The notes beneath the pieces were generated by a model. The model was not told where the DNA came from, ran no database searches, and saw only the letters and a list, made by a program, of their open reading frames with translations. Below, piece by piece: positions 8,423 to 16,033 of a stretch of DNA of 58,194 nucleotides. The translations under genes were made by a program, and so were the position numbers. The DNA lies in the IMG/VR virus record IMGVR_UViG_3300020034_000015, positions 1-58,194 of that record; one strand, given 5' to 3'. Within the stretch, counting starts at the first letter, position 1. The number at the start of each line of letters is the position of its first letter. Source of the stretch: a virus. Lineage: Duplodnaviria > Caudoviricetes.

Positions 8423-9337
8423 CTACACGCCCCCCGAGATTGGCCCGAGAGCGGCCCGAGAGTGGTCCGAGGGCGGCTGAGATTCCTGCTGGTCAGAACC
8501 GCTCTCGGATGGTTGAGAGGGGGACGCCTGCCCCTTCCGGGGGAGGGCCAGGACAAGGGCCTCAACATCAGCCCGACGGACCCCCGAGCGGCCCTCAATA
8601 CCGTCCACGGACAGGGTGCGCTGGACGGGCACGGCGACGGCCTCAAGGAGGGCGCCCATATAGACCCGGGGAAGGCCCGCGAAGAGGGGGTGCGCGGCGA
8701 CCTTTCGGTGCAGCTCGCCGAGGTGCACACCGTTGCGGTGGCGGGTGACTTCCTCGAGGAGGACGAGGAGCGTGATCCGGTCCCGCTCGAGCAGGTCTTC
8801 CTCGGGCAGTCCCTTCGACTCCTCGAGCGGCTTCTGCTCGAGCACCTTCGGGGCCGGTCCGGGAGCAACCCACCAAGCGGCGATGAGCAGCCCGACCAGC
8901 CCCACCCCGGCGGCGGCCGGCAGGTACGGGGCGACCTTCGGGCCGGCGGTGACCAGCACGCCGACGGCCACGACCCCGGTGACGCCGAGGGCGAGGAGTC
9001 CGCCCGCGATGCGCTCCGCCATGTCGGCCATGGGTGTGGCCTTGGGCGGAGGCGCCTTCTTCGCCTTGCCTGGGGTGCTCTTGGCGTCGGTCGTGGCGGG
9101 CTTCCCGGTCTTGGCCGGGGGCTTGGCTGCCTGCTCGCCGAACGCGGCCTTGAGCGCTTTGCCGAGCAGTCGGAACAGGCCGCGGCCGAGGACCCCGAAC
9201 CCCGACGCGAGGGTCCGGGCGGTGGTCTTGCCGGGCAGATAGGGGCGCAGGCGCGGTCGGGCGAGGGCCCGCCGGGATGACGGCTCCCCCGCCTCCGCAT
9301 CCTCGATGATCTTGCCGAGGAGGGTTCGCGCACCCAT
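8423..9337 (-). CDS. Membrane-anchored protein with a putative C-terminal winged-helix DNA-binding domain
   Basis: ATG 9337 is TGATG-coupled. Two TM helices, then GVHLGELHRKV...LLEAVAVPVQRTLSVDG...GVRRADV. No Walker A motif. Confidence 0.7.
   Translation of the reverse strand: MGARTLLGKIIEDAEAGEPSSRRALARPRLRPYLPGKTTARTLASGFGVLGRGLFRLLGKALKAAFGEQAAKPPAKTGKPATTDAKSTPGKAKKAPPPKATPMADMAERIAGGLLALGVTGVVAVGVLVTAGPKVAPYLPAAAGVGLVGLLIAAWWVAPGPAPKVLEQKPLEESKGLPEEDLLERDRITLLVLLEEVTRHRNGVHLGELHRKVAAHPLFAGLPRVYMGALLEAVAVPVQRTLSVDGIEGRSGVRRADVEALVLALPRKGQASPSQPSESGSDQQESQPPSDHSRAALGPISGGV
8434..8519. repeat. Helically phased CCGAGAG-type direct repeats (clt-like array)
   Basis: Copies at 8434, 8445, 8456, 8467 and 8477 (11/11/11/10-bp spacing), an inverted copy at 8502, and CTGGTCAG at 8489. 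Confidence 0.7.
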
Positions 9338-9813
9338 CACGCACCGCCGGTGAAGTGCCCGACGACCATGCGGATGATGTTCACGAGGATCCCCCACACC
9401 CCGCCGGCCGTGCCGTACACCGCCGCCGCGGCGATCCCCAGCAGGCCGGGCCAGATGAGGCGTTTCCAGTGTGGGCCGAACGTCAGCAAGGTCAGGACCA
9501 GGGCGATGCCGCCCTGCCCGGGGTTCCCCAGACCGCTCCCCGGGCCGAGGACGGAGGTGGGCACCGACCCGATGTTGGCCGCGGTCGAGGCCCACGCCCC
9601 GCCTGCGGCGATCCACAGGGTGCCGGTGAGGATCCCGAACGCGCCGATGCCGTCGCGGTGGGCGACGACCTTGAACCGGTCGGCTTTGCGGACGCCGAGG
9701 ATCATCGCGACGGCGCAGGCCAGGGCGAGCCCGGACAGGGTCATCGTCCCGAGGAGCTGCCCGCCGTGGATGCCCTGCACGGTGGCGGGGGCGGCGGTAA
9801 GCATGCTGGTCAC
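9337..9813 (-). CDS. Gly-rich multi-pass membrane protein
   Basis: GTGA-coupled start with a GGAG RBS; about 4 hydrophobic helices. Confidence 0.75.
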   Translation of the reverse strand: MTSMLTAAPATVQGIHGGQLLGTMTLSGLALACAVAMILGVRKADRFKVVAHRDGIGAFGILTGTLWIAAGGAWASTAANIGSVPTSVLGPGSGLGNPGQGGIALVLTLLTFGPHWKRLIWPGLLGIAAAAVYGTAGGVWGILVNIIRMVVGHFTGGA

Positions 9814-10433
9814 TGGGGTACTCCGGGTGCGTAGAGGGCGATGGCCAGGACAGCGCTGGCGAGGGGGATGCGGCAGGCCCACGCGAGCGGCGGCCACCAC
9901 CCGCGGGTACGGCCATCGAGGAGCGCGGTGCCGAGGATGAGACCGCCGCCGAGGCACAGGGCCGCGGTGGTGCCGGACTGCCGGCCGCAGTCGGCGACCC
10001 AGCCGTGGAACAGGGGGGCGAGTCCGAGGTACCAGCCGGCCGTGGCGGCGGCGCCGTTGGTGAGGAGCCAGCGGGTGCGCCGGTCAACCTGGCCCCAGGT
10101 GGTGTGCAGTTCGCGAGCGGGGTTGCGGCGGTCGCGTCGTACGACGGCCGGGGTGGACTCGTCGACGGGCTCGGCGTCCTCCCACTCCGGGTCCGCCTCG
10201 GGCTGCTCCGTGGGCTCGGGCACCGCCTTGGGTGCGGCCGGACGGCGCAGCGGTGGGATACGGCGGCGCCGGGGCGTGGCCGCACCGTGGTGGTCGTCGG
10301 TGTCGTCGTACAGGCGGTCCCACCACTCGTCACCGGATGCGGGTGCAGCCGGGGGCTGCGGGGTGTATCCGAGACCGCGCTTGCGGAGTGCGTAGCGGAT
10401 GCGGCGCTCATCGGCACCGGGGGTGGTGGTCAC
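9810..10433 (-). CDS. Membrane protein (about 3 C-terminal TM)
   Basis: GTGA coupling at both ends; hydrophobic C-terminal half. Confidence 0.75.
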   Translation of the reverse strand: MTTTPGADERRIRYALRKRGLGYTPQPPAAPASGDEWWDRLYDDTDDHHGAATPRRRRIPPLRRPAAPKAVPEPTEQPEADPEWEDAEPVDESTPAVVRRDRRNPARELHTTWGQVDRRTRWLLTNGAAATAGWYLGLAPLFHGWVADCGRQSGTTAALCLGGGLILGTALLDGRTRGWWPPLAWACRIPLASAVLAIALYAPGVPQ

Positions 10434-10948
10434 GAGGCTTCCTTGTCGAGTGCGTCGCGGATGCGCATGGCCCGGGGCTGCCCGACTCCGTAGGTGCGCT
10501 GGATGCGCCGCAGGCTCATGGGGCCGTGTGCGGCGAGTGCACGGGCGTGCTCGATCAGCTCGGCGTCGGATGCGGCAGACGTCGGCACGGGGGGCTCAGT
10601 CCGGGCGGGGGGTGCGACTGGTGCATCCGGGTGCGCATCCGCCCTGACCGCTGTCGACACGGGCAGCATCGGTGCCAGGTGCAGTTCGAGTGCACCCGCC
10701 GGGTGCGGGGGCGGGGCGAGTGCGGTCGCCTCGGATGCAGCCCGGTCGAAGCCTGTATCCGGCTGCACCTCGGGGGCATCCTGAATACGCTCCAGCGCGT
10801 CGTGGACCTGCCGCATGAGTGCACCGAATGCGATGAGCGCAGCCGTCGGCGGCACTGCGGCGACGATGTAGTTGAGGGGAGATGCACCGGATCCGACACC
10901 GCTGATGTTCAGCGCAACCGATCCGACGGAGCCGAGTGCGGCGAGTGC
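10335..10948. repeat. Dense array of GRRTGC hexamers inside and just beyond the DUF2637 gene
   Basis: About 19 plus-strand copies (GGATGC, GGGTGC, GAGTGC, GAATGC) and about 4 inverted copies, counted by eye. Confidence 0.7.
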
Positions 10949-11188
10949 GATAGCCCAGGGGTCGACACGGCCCTTGAGGGAAGCCCGGAGGATCAGGCTC
11001 TCGCCGACGAGGATGAACCCGTCGATGGTGCCGGGCCAGGCCCAGGCTCCGTTGCCACTGAGTCCGTGGCCGCCTGCGATGTGGTGGAGGTGGTCGTAGG
11101 ACAGCCAGAATCCGGCGCCGGTGAGGACGACCGTGACGACGCCGGCGCTGATGGCGAGTGCGGTGGTGGCGCGGCGGTGGGGGTTCAC
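10430..11188 (-). CDS. DUF2637 / SpdB2-like membrane protein with a C-terminal FtsK-gamma-like HTH
   Basis: GFWLSYDHLHHIAGGHG...AWAWPGTIDGFI...SVALNI...VAAVPPTAALIAF 4-TM signature; tail SLRRIQRTYGVGQPRAMRIRD; GAGGAG RBS. Confidence 0.8.
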   Translation of the reverse strand: MNPHRRATTALAISAGVVTVVLTGAGFWLSYDHLHHIAGGHGLSGNGAWAWPGTIDGFILVGESLILRASLKGRVDPWAIALAALGSVGSVALNISGVGSGASPLNYIVAAVPPTAALIAFGALMRQVHDALERIQDAPEVQPDTGFDRAASEATALAPPPHPAGALELHLAPMLPVSTAVRADAHPDAPVAPPARTEPPVPTSAASDAELIEHARALAAHGPMSLRRIQRTYGVGQPRAMRIRDALDKEAS

Positions 11189-11265
11189 GACGCTCCTCGG
11201 CGTTGTGGGGGTGGGGACCGCGCCCGGCGGCCGGGAGGGGTGGCGCCGGGCGCGGCGGTCCGGGG

Positions 11266-11436
11266 TTAGCGGCGGTCGGGGATCGTGTCGTCGGTTTCGG
11301 TGACGGTGAGGTCCGGGATGTGATTCCGGATCCGGCCGATCCGTTCTTTGGCGAAGTCCGGGGCGTTGGTGCTGAACTCATCGAGGTGCTTGCCGTCTGG
11401 GCCGGTGACCTTGTACCGGGTGACCTTGAAGTCCAC
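11266..11436 (-). CDS. Small hypothetical protein (56 aa)
   Basis: AGGAG RBS plus GTG; MDFKVTRYKVTGPDGKHLDEFSTNAPDFAKERIGRIRNHIPDLTVTETDDTIPDRR; good codon usage. Confidence 0.65.
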   Translation of the reverse strand: MDFKVTRYKVTGPDGKHLDEFSTNAPDFAKERIGRIRNHIPDLTVTETDDTIPDRR

Positions 11437-11452
11437 GGTCGGCTCCTGGTGG

Positions 11453-11617
11453 TTACTCGTTCCAGCGGGGGCGGTTGGTCTGGTCGCGGCGCTGCCGTGC
11501 CTTGGAGTCGCGGGAGTTCCGGGCGACCCGGAGTTGGTGGTCGGCGGCGCGCTGCAGGGACTGGGCGTCGGTTTTGGGGGTGCTGCGTCCGCCGAGCCAG
11601 GAGAACCGGCCGGTCAC
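11453..11617 (-). CDS. Small basic hypothetical protein (54 aa)
   Basis: GTGA-coupled; MTGRFSWLGGRSTPKTDAQSLQRAADHQLRVARNSRDSKARQRRDQTNRPRWNE. Confidence 0.5.
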   Translation of the reverse strand: MTGRFSWLGGRSTPKTDAQSLQRAADHQLRVARNSRDSKARQRRDQTNRPRWNE

Positions 11618-11787
11618 CGGCGGTGCTGGGTGTGGGGGGTGGCGGTGAAGTGCCCGCCGGGGTTGGCGTCTTCGCGTTGCTGGTAGTCGCGGTTGCAGGC
11701 GTCGACGGTCGCCTCCTCGTAGGCGACGGTGTTGGGCTGGTGCGCGGGGGTGGGCTCGGGGTCGGGGTGATCGCTACGATTCGTCAC
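11614..11787 (-). CDS. Small hypothetical protein (57 aa), first gene of the leftward operon
   Basis: GAGG RBS plus GTG; MTNRSDHPDPEPTPAHQPNTVAYEEATVDACNRDYQQREDANPGGHF... Confidence 0.5.
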   Translation of the reverse strand: MTNRSDHPDPEPTPAHQPNTVAYEEATVDACNRDYQQREDANPGGHFTATPHTQHRR

Positions 11788-11896
11788 GGACTCGCCTCTT
11801 CGTCGTGGTTGTAGGTGGGTCTGGCCCCGGCCATGTGGAGCTGCGAACTCCGGCCGGGGCCGTTCTCGTTGAGCAGCGTGGGCTGCCTTCCATCAC

Positions 11897-11915
11897 TGTA
11901 GGGGGTTCCCCTACA
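11897..11915. promoter_or_regulatory. Palindromic operator overlapping divergent -10 elements
   Basis: TGTAGGGG-gtt-CCCCTACA; overlaps TACAAT (+, 11912) and TACAGT (-, 11900). Confidence 0.7.
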
Positions 11916-11952
11916 ATCTGGGAAGCGGCCCGCCCACAGAGAGGGGCCGGGC

Positions 11953-12264
11953 GTGAGCGAGGAGGCGCATCGGGTGTTCGATGCCATGGAGGCGCTGGGG
12001 CAGATTGCCGATCCGGTGGAGCGCGCCAGGGTCCTGACGGAGGTGCTGAAGGGACTGCCCGCTCACAACCGGCGGCTGAAGGAGGCGCGGCAGGCCACGT
12101 TCCAGGAGCTGCTGGCGCGCCCGGGCGCGACCCTGCGGAGCGTCGGGATCGAGTTGGGGATCAATCACGGGTCGGTGCAGGACATCGCGAAGGGCTACTC
12201 GGGGTCCGGCACGAAGCGGCCGAGGACGCCCCCGCCGTCACTCAGCGATGGGAGCAGTACATGA
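11953..12264 (+). CDS. HTH regulator divergent from the membrane operon (Kor-like)
   Basis: GATLRSVGIELGINHGSVQDIAKG HTH; GAGGGG RBS. Confidence 0.75.
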   Translation: MSEEAHRVFDAMEALGQIADPVERARVLTEVLKGLPAHNRRLKEARQATFQELLARPGATLRSVGIELGINHGSVQDIAKGYSGSGTKRPRTPPPSLSDGSST

Positions 12265-12491
12265 CCGCGTTCGACCCCCGCAGCCCGAGCATGCGGTTGT
12301 GGCACCGTCTTCTGGCAGGCGGCGCCACGGAGGACGAAGCCACCGCGCTGATGAATGGCTACGCCCACGAGTTGGCGGAGAGACTGATCTGTGACGAGAA
12401 GGCCGGGGTGGCCGTGTACAGGCCGGGCCTCATGTGGGCTGCCGAGGTGATCGACCCGCAGCCCGATGACGAGGAGAGCAGCAGCGCATGA
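12261..12491 (+). CDS. Hypothetical protein
   Basis: ATGA coupling and GGAG RBS. Confidence 0.6.
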   Translation: MTAFDPRSPSMRLWHRLLAGGATEDEATALMNGYAHELAERLICDEKAGVAVYRPGLMWAAEVIDPQPDDEESSSA

Positions 12492-12634
12492 GCGAGGAGC
12501 CCGAAGCTGCCGAGCAAGAGGAAGCGCCCGATCTTGCGCACTCCGAGGAGCAAGGAGTGCGCCTCCTCGTGTATCCGGGGACGCTGGAGTTCATCGGCTC
12601 GCTTTACCCGCCGAACCTGATGCCACCAATCTGA
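12488..12634 (+). CDS. Small acidic hypothetical protein (48 aa)
   Basis: ATGA coupling; MSEEPEAAEQEEAPDLAHSEEQGVRLLVYPGTLEFIGSLYPPNLMPPI. Confidence 0.45.
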   Translation: MSEEPEAAEQEEAPDLAHSEEQGVRLLVYPGTLEFIGSLYPPNLMPPI

Positions 12635-12646
12635 CCCGGAGACGAC

Positions 12647-12901
12647 ATGACGACCGATCCACCACCCTCACCACAGCGCAAGGGCAACAGGTCGGAATGG
12701 TGGCCGCTTGTCGCGGCGCTCGCGGCCTCCCTCGCACTCGGCGAGACGTATGCCGTCCACGACATCCTCACGACCACACCGCGCAACACTGGAGACTGGC
12801 TGATCGGTGTCCTCGCTGCCGGCCCGGCTCTCGCTGGAGTGATCTTCATACCGCTCCTGATCATCGGCGGACTGATCGCGATGATGAGATTCCCACGATG
12901 A
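12647..12901 (+). CDS. Small 2-TM membrane protein
   Basis: GGAG RBS; two hydrophobic segments. Confidence 0.6.
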   Translation: MTTDPPPSPQRKGNRSEWWPLVAALAASLALGETYAVHDILTTTPRNTGDWLIGVLAAGPALAGVIFIPLLIIGGLIAMMRFPR

Positions 12902-13407
12902 GCGATCTGATCGAGTTCCTGCGGGCCCGGCTGGACGAGGATGCGCTATGGGCCACCGAGGCAAGCCGCCGCAACGACGGCCCGGCCGTTGAAAGCGGCG
13001 TCCACTGGCAGTGGGAGGACGCCGACGACAAGGTGTGCCAACCTGCCCCCGACACCGAGGCGTACATCGCCGACGGTTTGACGACGGTCTCGCTACGCAG
13101 CCGGGAAGAATGGCCCTCCCGCGTCGGCAACCTTCCGCAGTTCGCGATCTCTACCGCTGAGGAGGTCCCGACTGCCGTCGGCGCCCACATCATCCGCCAC
13201 GACCCGGCGCGGGTGCTGCGCGAGGTCGAGGCCAAGCGGGCCGTCCTCGCCCAGTACGAGAGCGCGCGCGAACAGGTGCGACACCCCGTGAGTGCCGAGA
13301 ACCGCGCGGCTGCCCGCGTGGCACAGGGCGAGTTGGAAGACGTGCTCCGCCTGCTGGCCGCCGTGTACGCCGATCACCCGGACTACCGCGAGGAATGGCG
13401 GCCATGA
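12898..13407 (+). CDS. DUF6221-like protein
   Basis: DLIEFLRARLDED...RHDPARVLREVEAKR...LLAAVYADHPDYREEWRP signature. Confidence 0.8.
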   Translation: MSDLIEFLRARLDEDALWATEASRRNDGPAVESGVHWQWEDADDKVCQPAPDTEAYIADGLTTVSLRSREEWPSRVGNLPQFAISTAEEVPTAVGAHIIRHDPARVLREVEAKRAVLAQYESAREQVRHPVSAENRAAARVAQGELEDVLRLLAAVYADHPDYREEWRP

Positions 13408-13625
13408 GCGACGAGCAGGGCACCCACTTCTGGTTTATGTCGCTGATCCTGCCGAATGCGGCAGGCTTCGCCGCCTACCGACGCGTGGGGCACTGCACAC
13501 CGGAGCCCGGCGCCACCAGGCTCGATCTGTTCGACATGCTGCTGAACATGGTGAAAGAAAAGTCGCCTGAGCTAAACGATGGTGCTGTCGTCATCTCGTT
13601 CGATATCCAGCCCAACAAGCTCTGA
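13404..13625 (+). CDS. Hypothetical protein
   Basis: ATGA coupling; ends VISFDIQPNKL. Confidence 0.65.
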   Translation: MSDEQGTHFWFMSLILPNAAGFAAYRRVGHCTPEPGATRLDLFDMLLNMVKEKSPELNDGAVVISFDIQPNKL

Positions 13626-13733
13626 GGCCCCGACGCAGTACCGCCCGTCACCGCGCTGTTGGCGGGGCGTTGTCGTGTCACAACCCGGCCACAACCCGGA
13701 CGGGCCCACCCACCCCTGCCCATACTCGCGCGC

Positions 13734-13964
13734 ATGACCGACACCGCCACGAAGCCGTGGATCCGCCGCAGGACCACCATCATCGGGTTCGTACTGATCG
13801 CGTTCATCGCGTGGACCCTGGGCGCGCAGGAGTGGACCGCGAAGGACTGCGGCACATGGCAGGGCTACGGCCTCGTCGTGTCGCACTTCGGGACACCGGA
13901 CCATTACGAGGGGTGCGAGGGCGAGCCGGGCGGGCCGGCGTACACGGACGACTACCAGGGCTGA
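13734..13964 (+). CDS. Small membrane or secreted protein, probably leaderless
   Basis: One TM helix and two Cys; CATACT -10 lies 7 nt upstream of the ATG and there is no RBS. Confidence 0.6.
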   Translation: MTDTATKPWIRRRTTIIGFVLIAFIAWTLGAQEWTAKDCGTWQGYGLVVSHFGTPDHYEGCEGEPGGPAYTDDYQG

Positions 13965-14070
13965 CACTGGCCGCCATCGTCACCCGTTCGGGGGATCCGG
14001 TGGGCGTCCGGGGTCCGCGCCCCGGTGAGTCGGGCAGCATCCAGGGGTCCGCGAGTCTGGGGAGGGGTAC

Positions 14071-14310
14071 GTGCAGGGATTGTTCGCACCGGAGTCGGAG
14101 TTCAGCCGGTGGGTGAGCAACCGGGCTGACGAGGTTGCTGCGCTCAAGGGGAATCCAACGAGCGCGGCGTTGGCGGCGTGCCAGACGGCCACGCTGCACG
14201 CGATGGGTGGTGTGGCGTTGCCGCCGTTGTTTGCTGCCCGGGTGGCGCAGGTGCTGTGTGTGTCGGTGGAGGTGTTGCGGGAGGCTTTCCCGACCCCACC
14301 GGACGGCTGA
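14071..14310 (+). CDS. Hypothetical protein
   Basis: GGAGG RBS plus GTG; followed by a hairpin. Confidence 0.5.
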   Translation: MQGLFAPESEFSRWVSNRADEVAALKGNPTSAALAACQTATLHAMGGVALPPLFAARVAQVLCVSVEVLREAFPTPPDG

Positions 14311-14319
14311 CGCGCGGAA

Positions 14320-14355
14320 GGGCCGTACCGCCGGGGGGAGTCGGCGGCACGGCCC
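14320..14355. terminator. Hairpin between convergent genes
   Basis: GGGCCGTACCGCCG / CGGCGGCACGGCCC stem. Confidence 0.6.
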
Positions 14356-14365
14356 AGGTTGTCCC

Positions 14366-14403
14366 GGGTGCGCGGTGGGTGCGCGCACCCGGGCGGCACT
14401 CAG
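14366..14403. repeat. 38-bp direct repeat, copy 1
   Basis: 34/38 identical to 15136..15173. Confidence 0.8.
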
Positions 14404-14720
14404 GCCGTGGCGGCCGGGTAGACAGGCCATCCACCCATGCCGGTCGGTCGGTCGGAGCTGGGTTCGCCGACGTCGGCGGGGCGGTGGGCGTCGATGGTGC
14501 GGCGCAGCCAGTCGGACATGTCGGCGGCGGGCGGCCACAGTTCAGCCGCGTCGCTCCACTCGACGGTGATGTCGACGCGGGTGATGTCGCGGCGGAGGCC
14601 GTATTCGAGCCGCAGCCCGATCGGTTGGCGGGTGCGGCCGACGAGGTTGGTGAGCTTCGGAGCGTCGGTGAGGTCAATGCGGACCCGGTGATGTACCTCG
14701 CGGACGGTGGCAGTGGGCAC
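14400..14720 (-). CDS. Hypothetical protein
   Basis: AAGGAG RBS plus GTG; good codon usage. Confidence 0.65.
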   Translation of the reverse strand: MPTATVREVHHRVRIDLTDAPKLTNLVGRTRQPIGLRLEYGLRRDITRVDITVEWSDAAELWPPAADMSDWLRRTIDAHRPADVGEPSSDRPTGMGGWPVYPAATA

Positions 14721-14856
14721 GGCGGGCTCCTTCGGGCGGCTTCGGGTTCGGTGACGGGCTCGTCGTCCCAGCGCTCGGTCCAGTAACGCCGGTCCTCGAC
14801 CGCTACTTCGGCGGGCGTGTCCTGGGCAGGCGGGGGAGCGGGGGCGGGGGCGGCCA

Positions 14857-15096
14857 TCAGACGGTCGGAGCAGGCGACGCGATGGCCCGCTGGAGGATGG
14901 TGCGAAGCCCGGATGCGACCTCGGGGGTGATGCCGTCCCGGTCGTCGCTGAGGTAGTCGAGGGCTTCCTCGACGCCGTACCGGTACTCGGCGGCGATCCG
15001 GGCGGCGCGGCGGCCGTTGACGGCGTGGGCGCAGTCGCCGTTGGCGCACTGCTCGGCGTGGTTGGCGTTGTCCTCGACGCTGGTGCGGTCGGTCAT
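14857..15096 (-). CDS. Hypothetical protein
   Basis: GGAAGGA RBS, ATG at 15096 (MTDRTSVEDNANHAEQCANGDCAH...). Confidence 0.6.
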   Translation of the reverse strand: MTDRTSVEDNANHAEQCANGDCAHAVNGRRAARIAAEYRYGVEEALDYLSDDRDGITPEVASGLRTILQRAIASPAPTV

Positions 15097-15135
15097 TGGT
15101 TGGTCCTTCCCTTGGTTCGGGCTGAGTGTCTCGTG

Positions 15136-15173
15136 GGGTGCGCGGTGGGGGCACGCACCCGGAAGGCACTCAG
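15136..15173. repeat. 38-bp direct repeat, copy 2
   Basis: 34/38 identical to 14366..14403. Confidence 0.8.
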
Positions 15174-15178
15174 ACGAA

Positions 15179-15424
15179 TCAAGCGATCCGCTTGGGGGAC
15201 TCCGGACCGCGCGGACCGCCGTCCTCAAACTCGGAGTGCTGCCATACCTCGCCGTTCGGCTCTATGCGGATGTACGCCCGACATCGGGGCTTGGAGGGCT
15301 CGAAGTCGAGGCCGTGGTGGCGGGGGGTCAGGTACTGGGTTGCACCCTCGGCGGCCGCGACCTGCTGCGCCATGCGGATCATCCCGGCGCGGTCGGCGCA
15401 TTTCGCTCGAATTCTGCTGGCCAT
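15179..15424 (-). CDS. Hypothetical protein
   Basis: GGGAG RBS plus ATG. Confidence 0.6.
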   Translation of the reverse strand: MASRIRAKCADRAGMIRMAQQVAAAEGATQYLTPRHHGLDFEPSKPRCRAYIRIEPNGEVWQHSEFEDGGPRGPESPKRIA

Positions 15425-15457
15425 CTTGATCTCCCTGCGGCTGGTGGCGGGCTGCGG

Positions 15458-15874
15458 TCAGGCGGCGTGTGCGTAGCGGGTGCCGCGTTCGTCGCGGGCG
15501 ATCTCGTACGCGGTGAGCGCGGCGGGGGTCCGGAAGACGGGGGCGGCGGTCACCGGGCGGTCGGTGGCGGAGGTGGCGCGGGGGACCAGGTACGCGGTCC
15601 GGTGCGCGGTGTAGCTGAGGACGCGGTCCAGGCGGAACGAGCGGCGCTTGCCGGTCTCGCGGTCCATGCCGATGAGGAGGACGTTCCCGGCGGCGGTGAC
15701 CTGGATGTCGTACAGCTCAAGGGTGCGGATCGTGGGGACGAGGTTGCCGGTCTTGCGGCCGCGCTCGTCCTTCTCTTCCTTCAGCGCGGTGATGGTGACG
15801 GGGTGCTGGCGGTCCATCGCGCGGTAGAGGTCGGTGAGGGTCCGGGCGCTGGTCTGGTTCTTGGTGAGCTTCAT
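15458..15874 (-). CDS. Stand-alone WYL-domain protein
   Basis: AMDRQHPVTI...TIRTLELYDI...LLIGMDRETGKRRSFRLDRV WYL signature; no HTH. Confidence 0.8.
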   Translation of the reverse strand: MKLTKNQTSARTLTDLYRAMDRQHPVTITALKEEKDERGRKTGNLVPTIRTLELYDIQVTAAGNVLLIGMDRETGKRRSFRLDRVLSYTAHRTAYLVPRATSATDRPVTAAPVFRTPAALTAYEIARDERGTRYAHAA

Positions 15875-15902
15875 CCGGTCCCCCGTGGTCGCCGCTTGTT
15901 TC

Positions 15903-15977
15903 TGTAATACAAGAATGCGCTCGACCGGAGGTTATGTCAACCCCCAATCCCAGATCAGTTCGGGTTTCTGTAATACG
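15903..15977 (-). promoter_or_regulatory. Sigma70-type promoter flanked by two TGTAATAC operators
   Basis: Minus strand TTGACA (15940-15935), 17-bp spacer, CATTCT (15917-15912); operators at 15903 and 15969. Confidence 0.8.
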
Positions 15978-16033
15978 CCCCCGAACATGGCGACGCCCGG
16001 CGACCCCAAAGGGCGCCGGGCGGAGCGCTCCCG

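Noticed and set aside
14144-14857. ORF starting MAAPAPAPPPAQDTPAEVAVEDRRYWTERW
   Set aside because: The start is TGATG-coupled and plausible, but the frame runs on through two better-supported genes; left uncalled.
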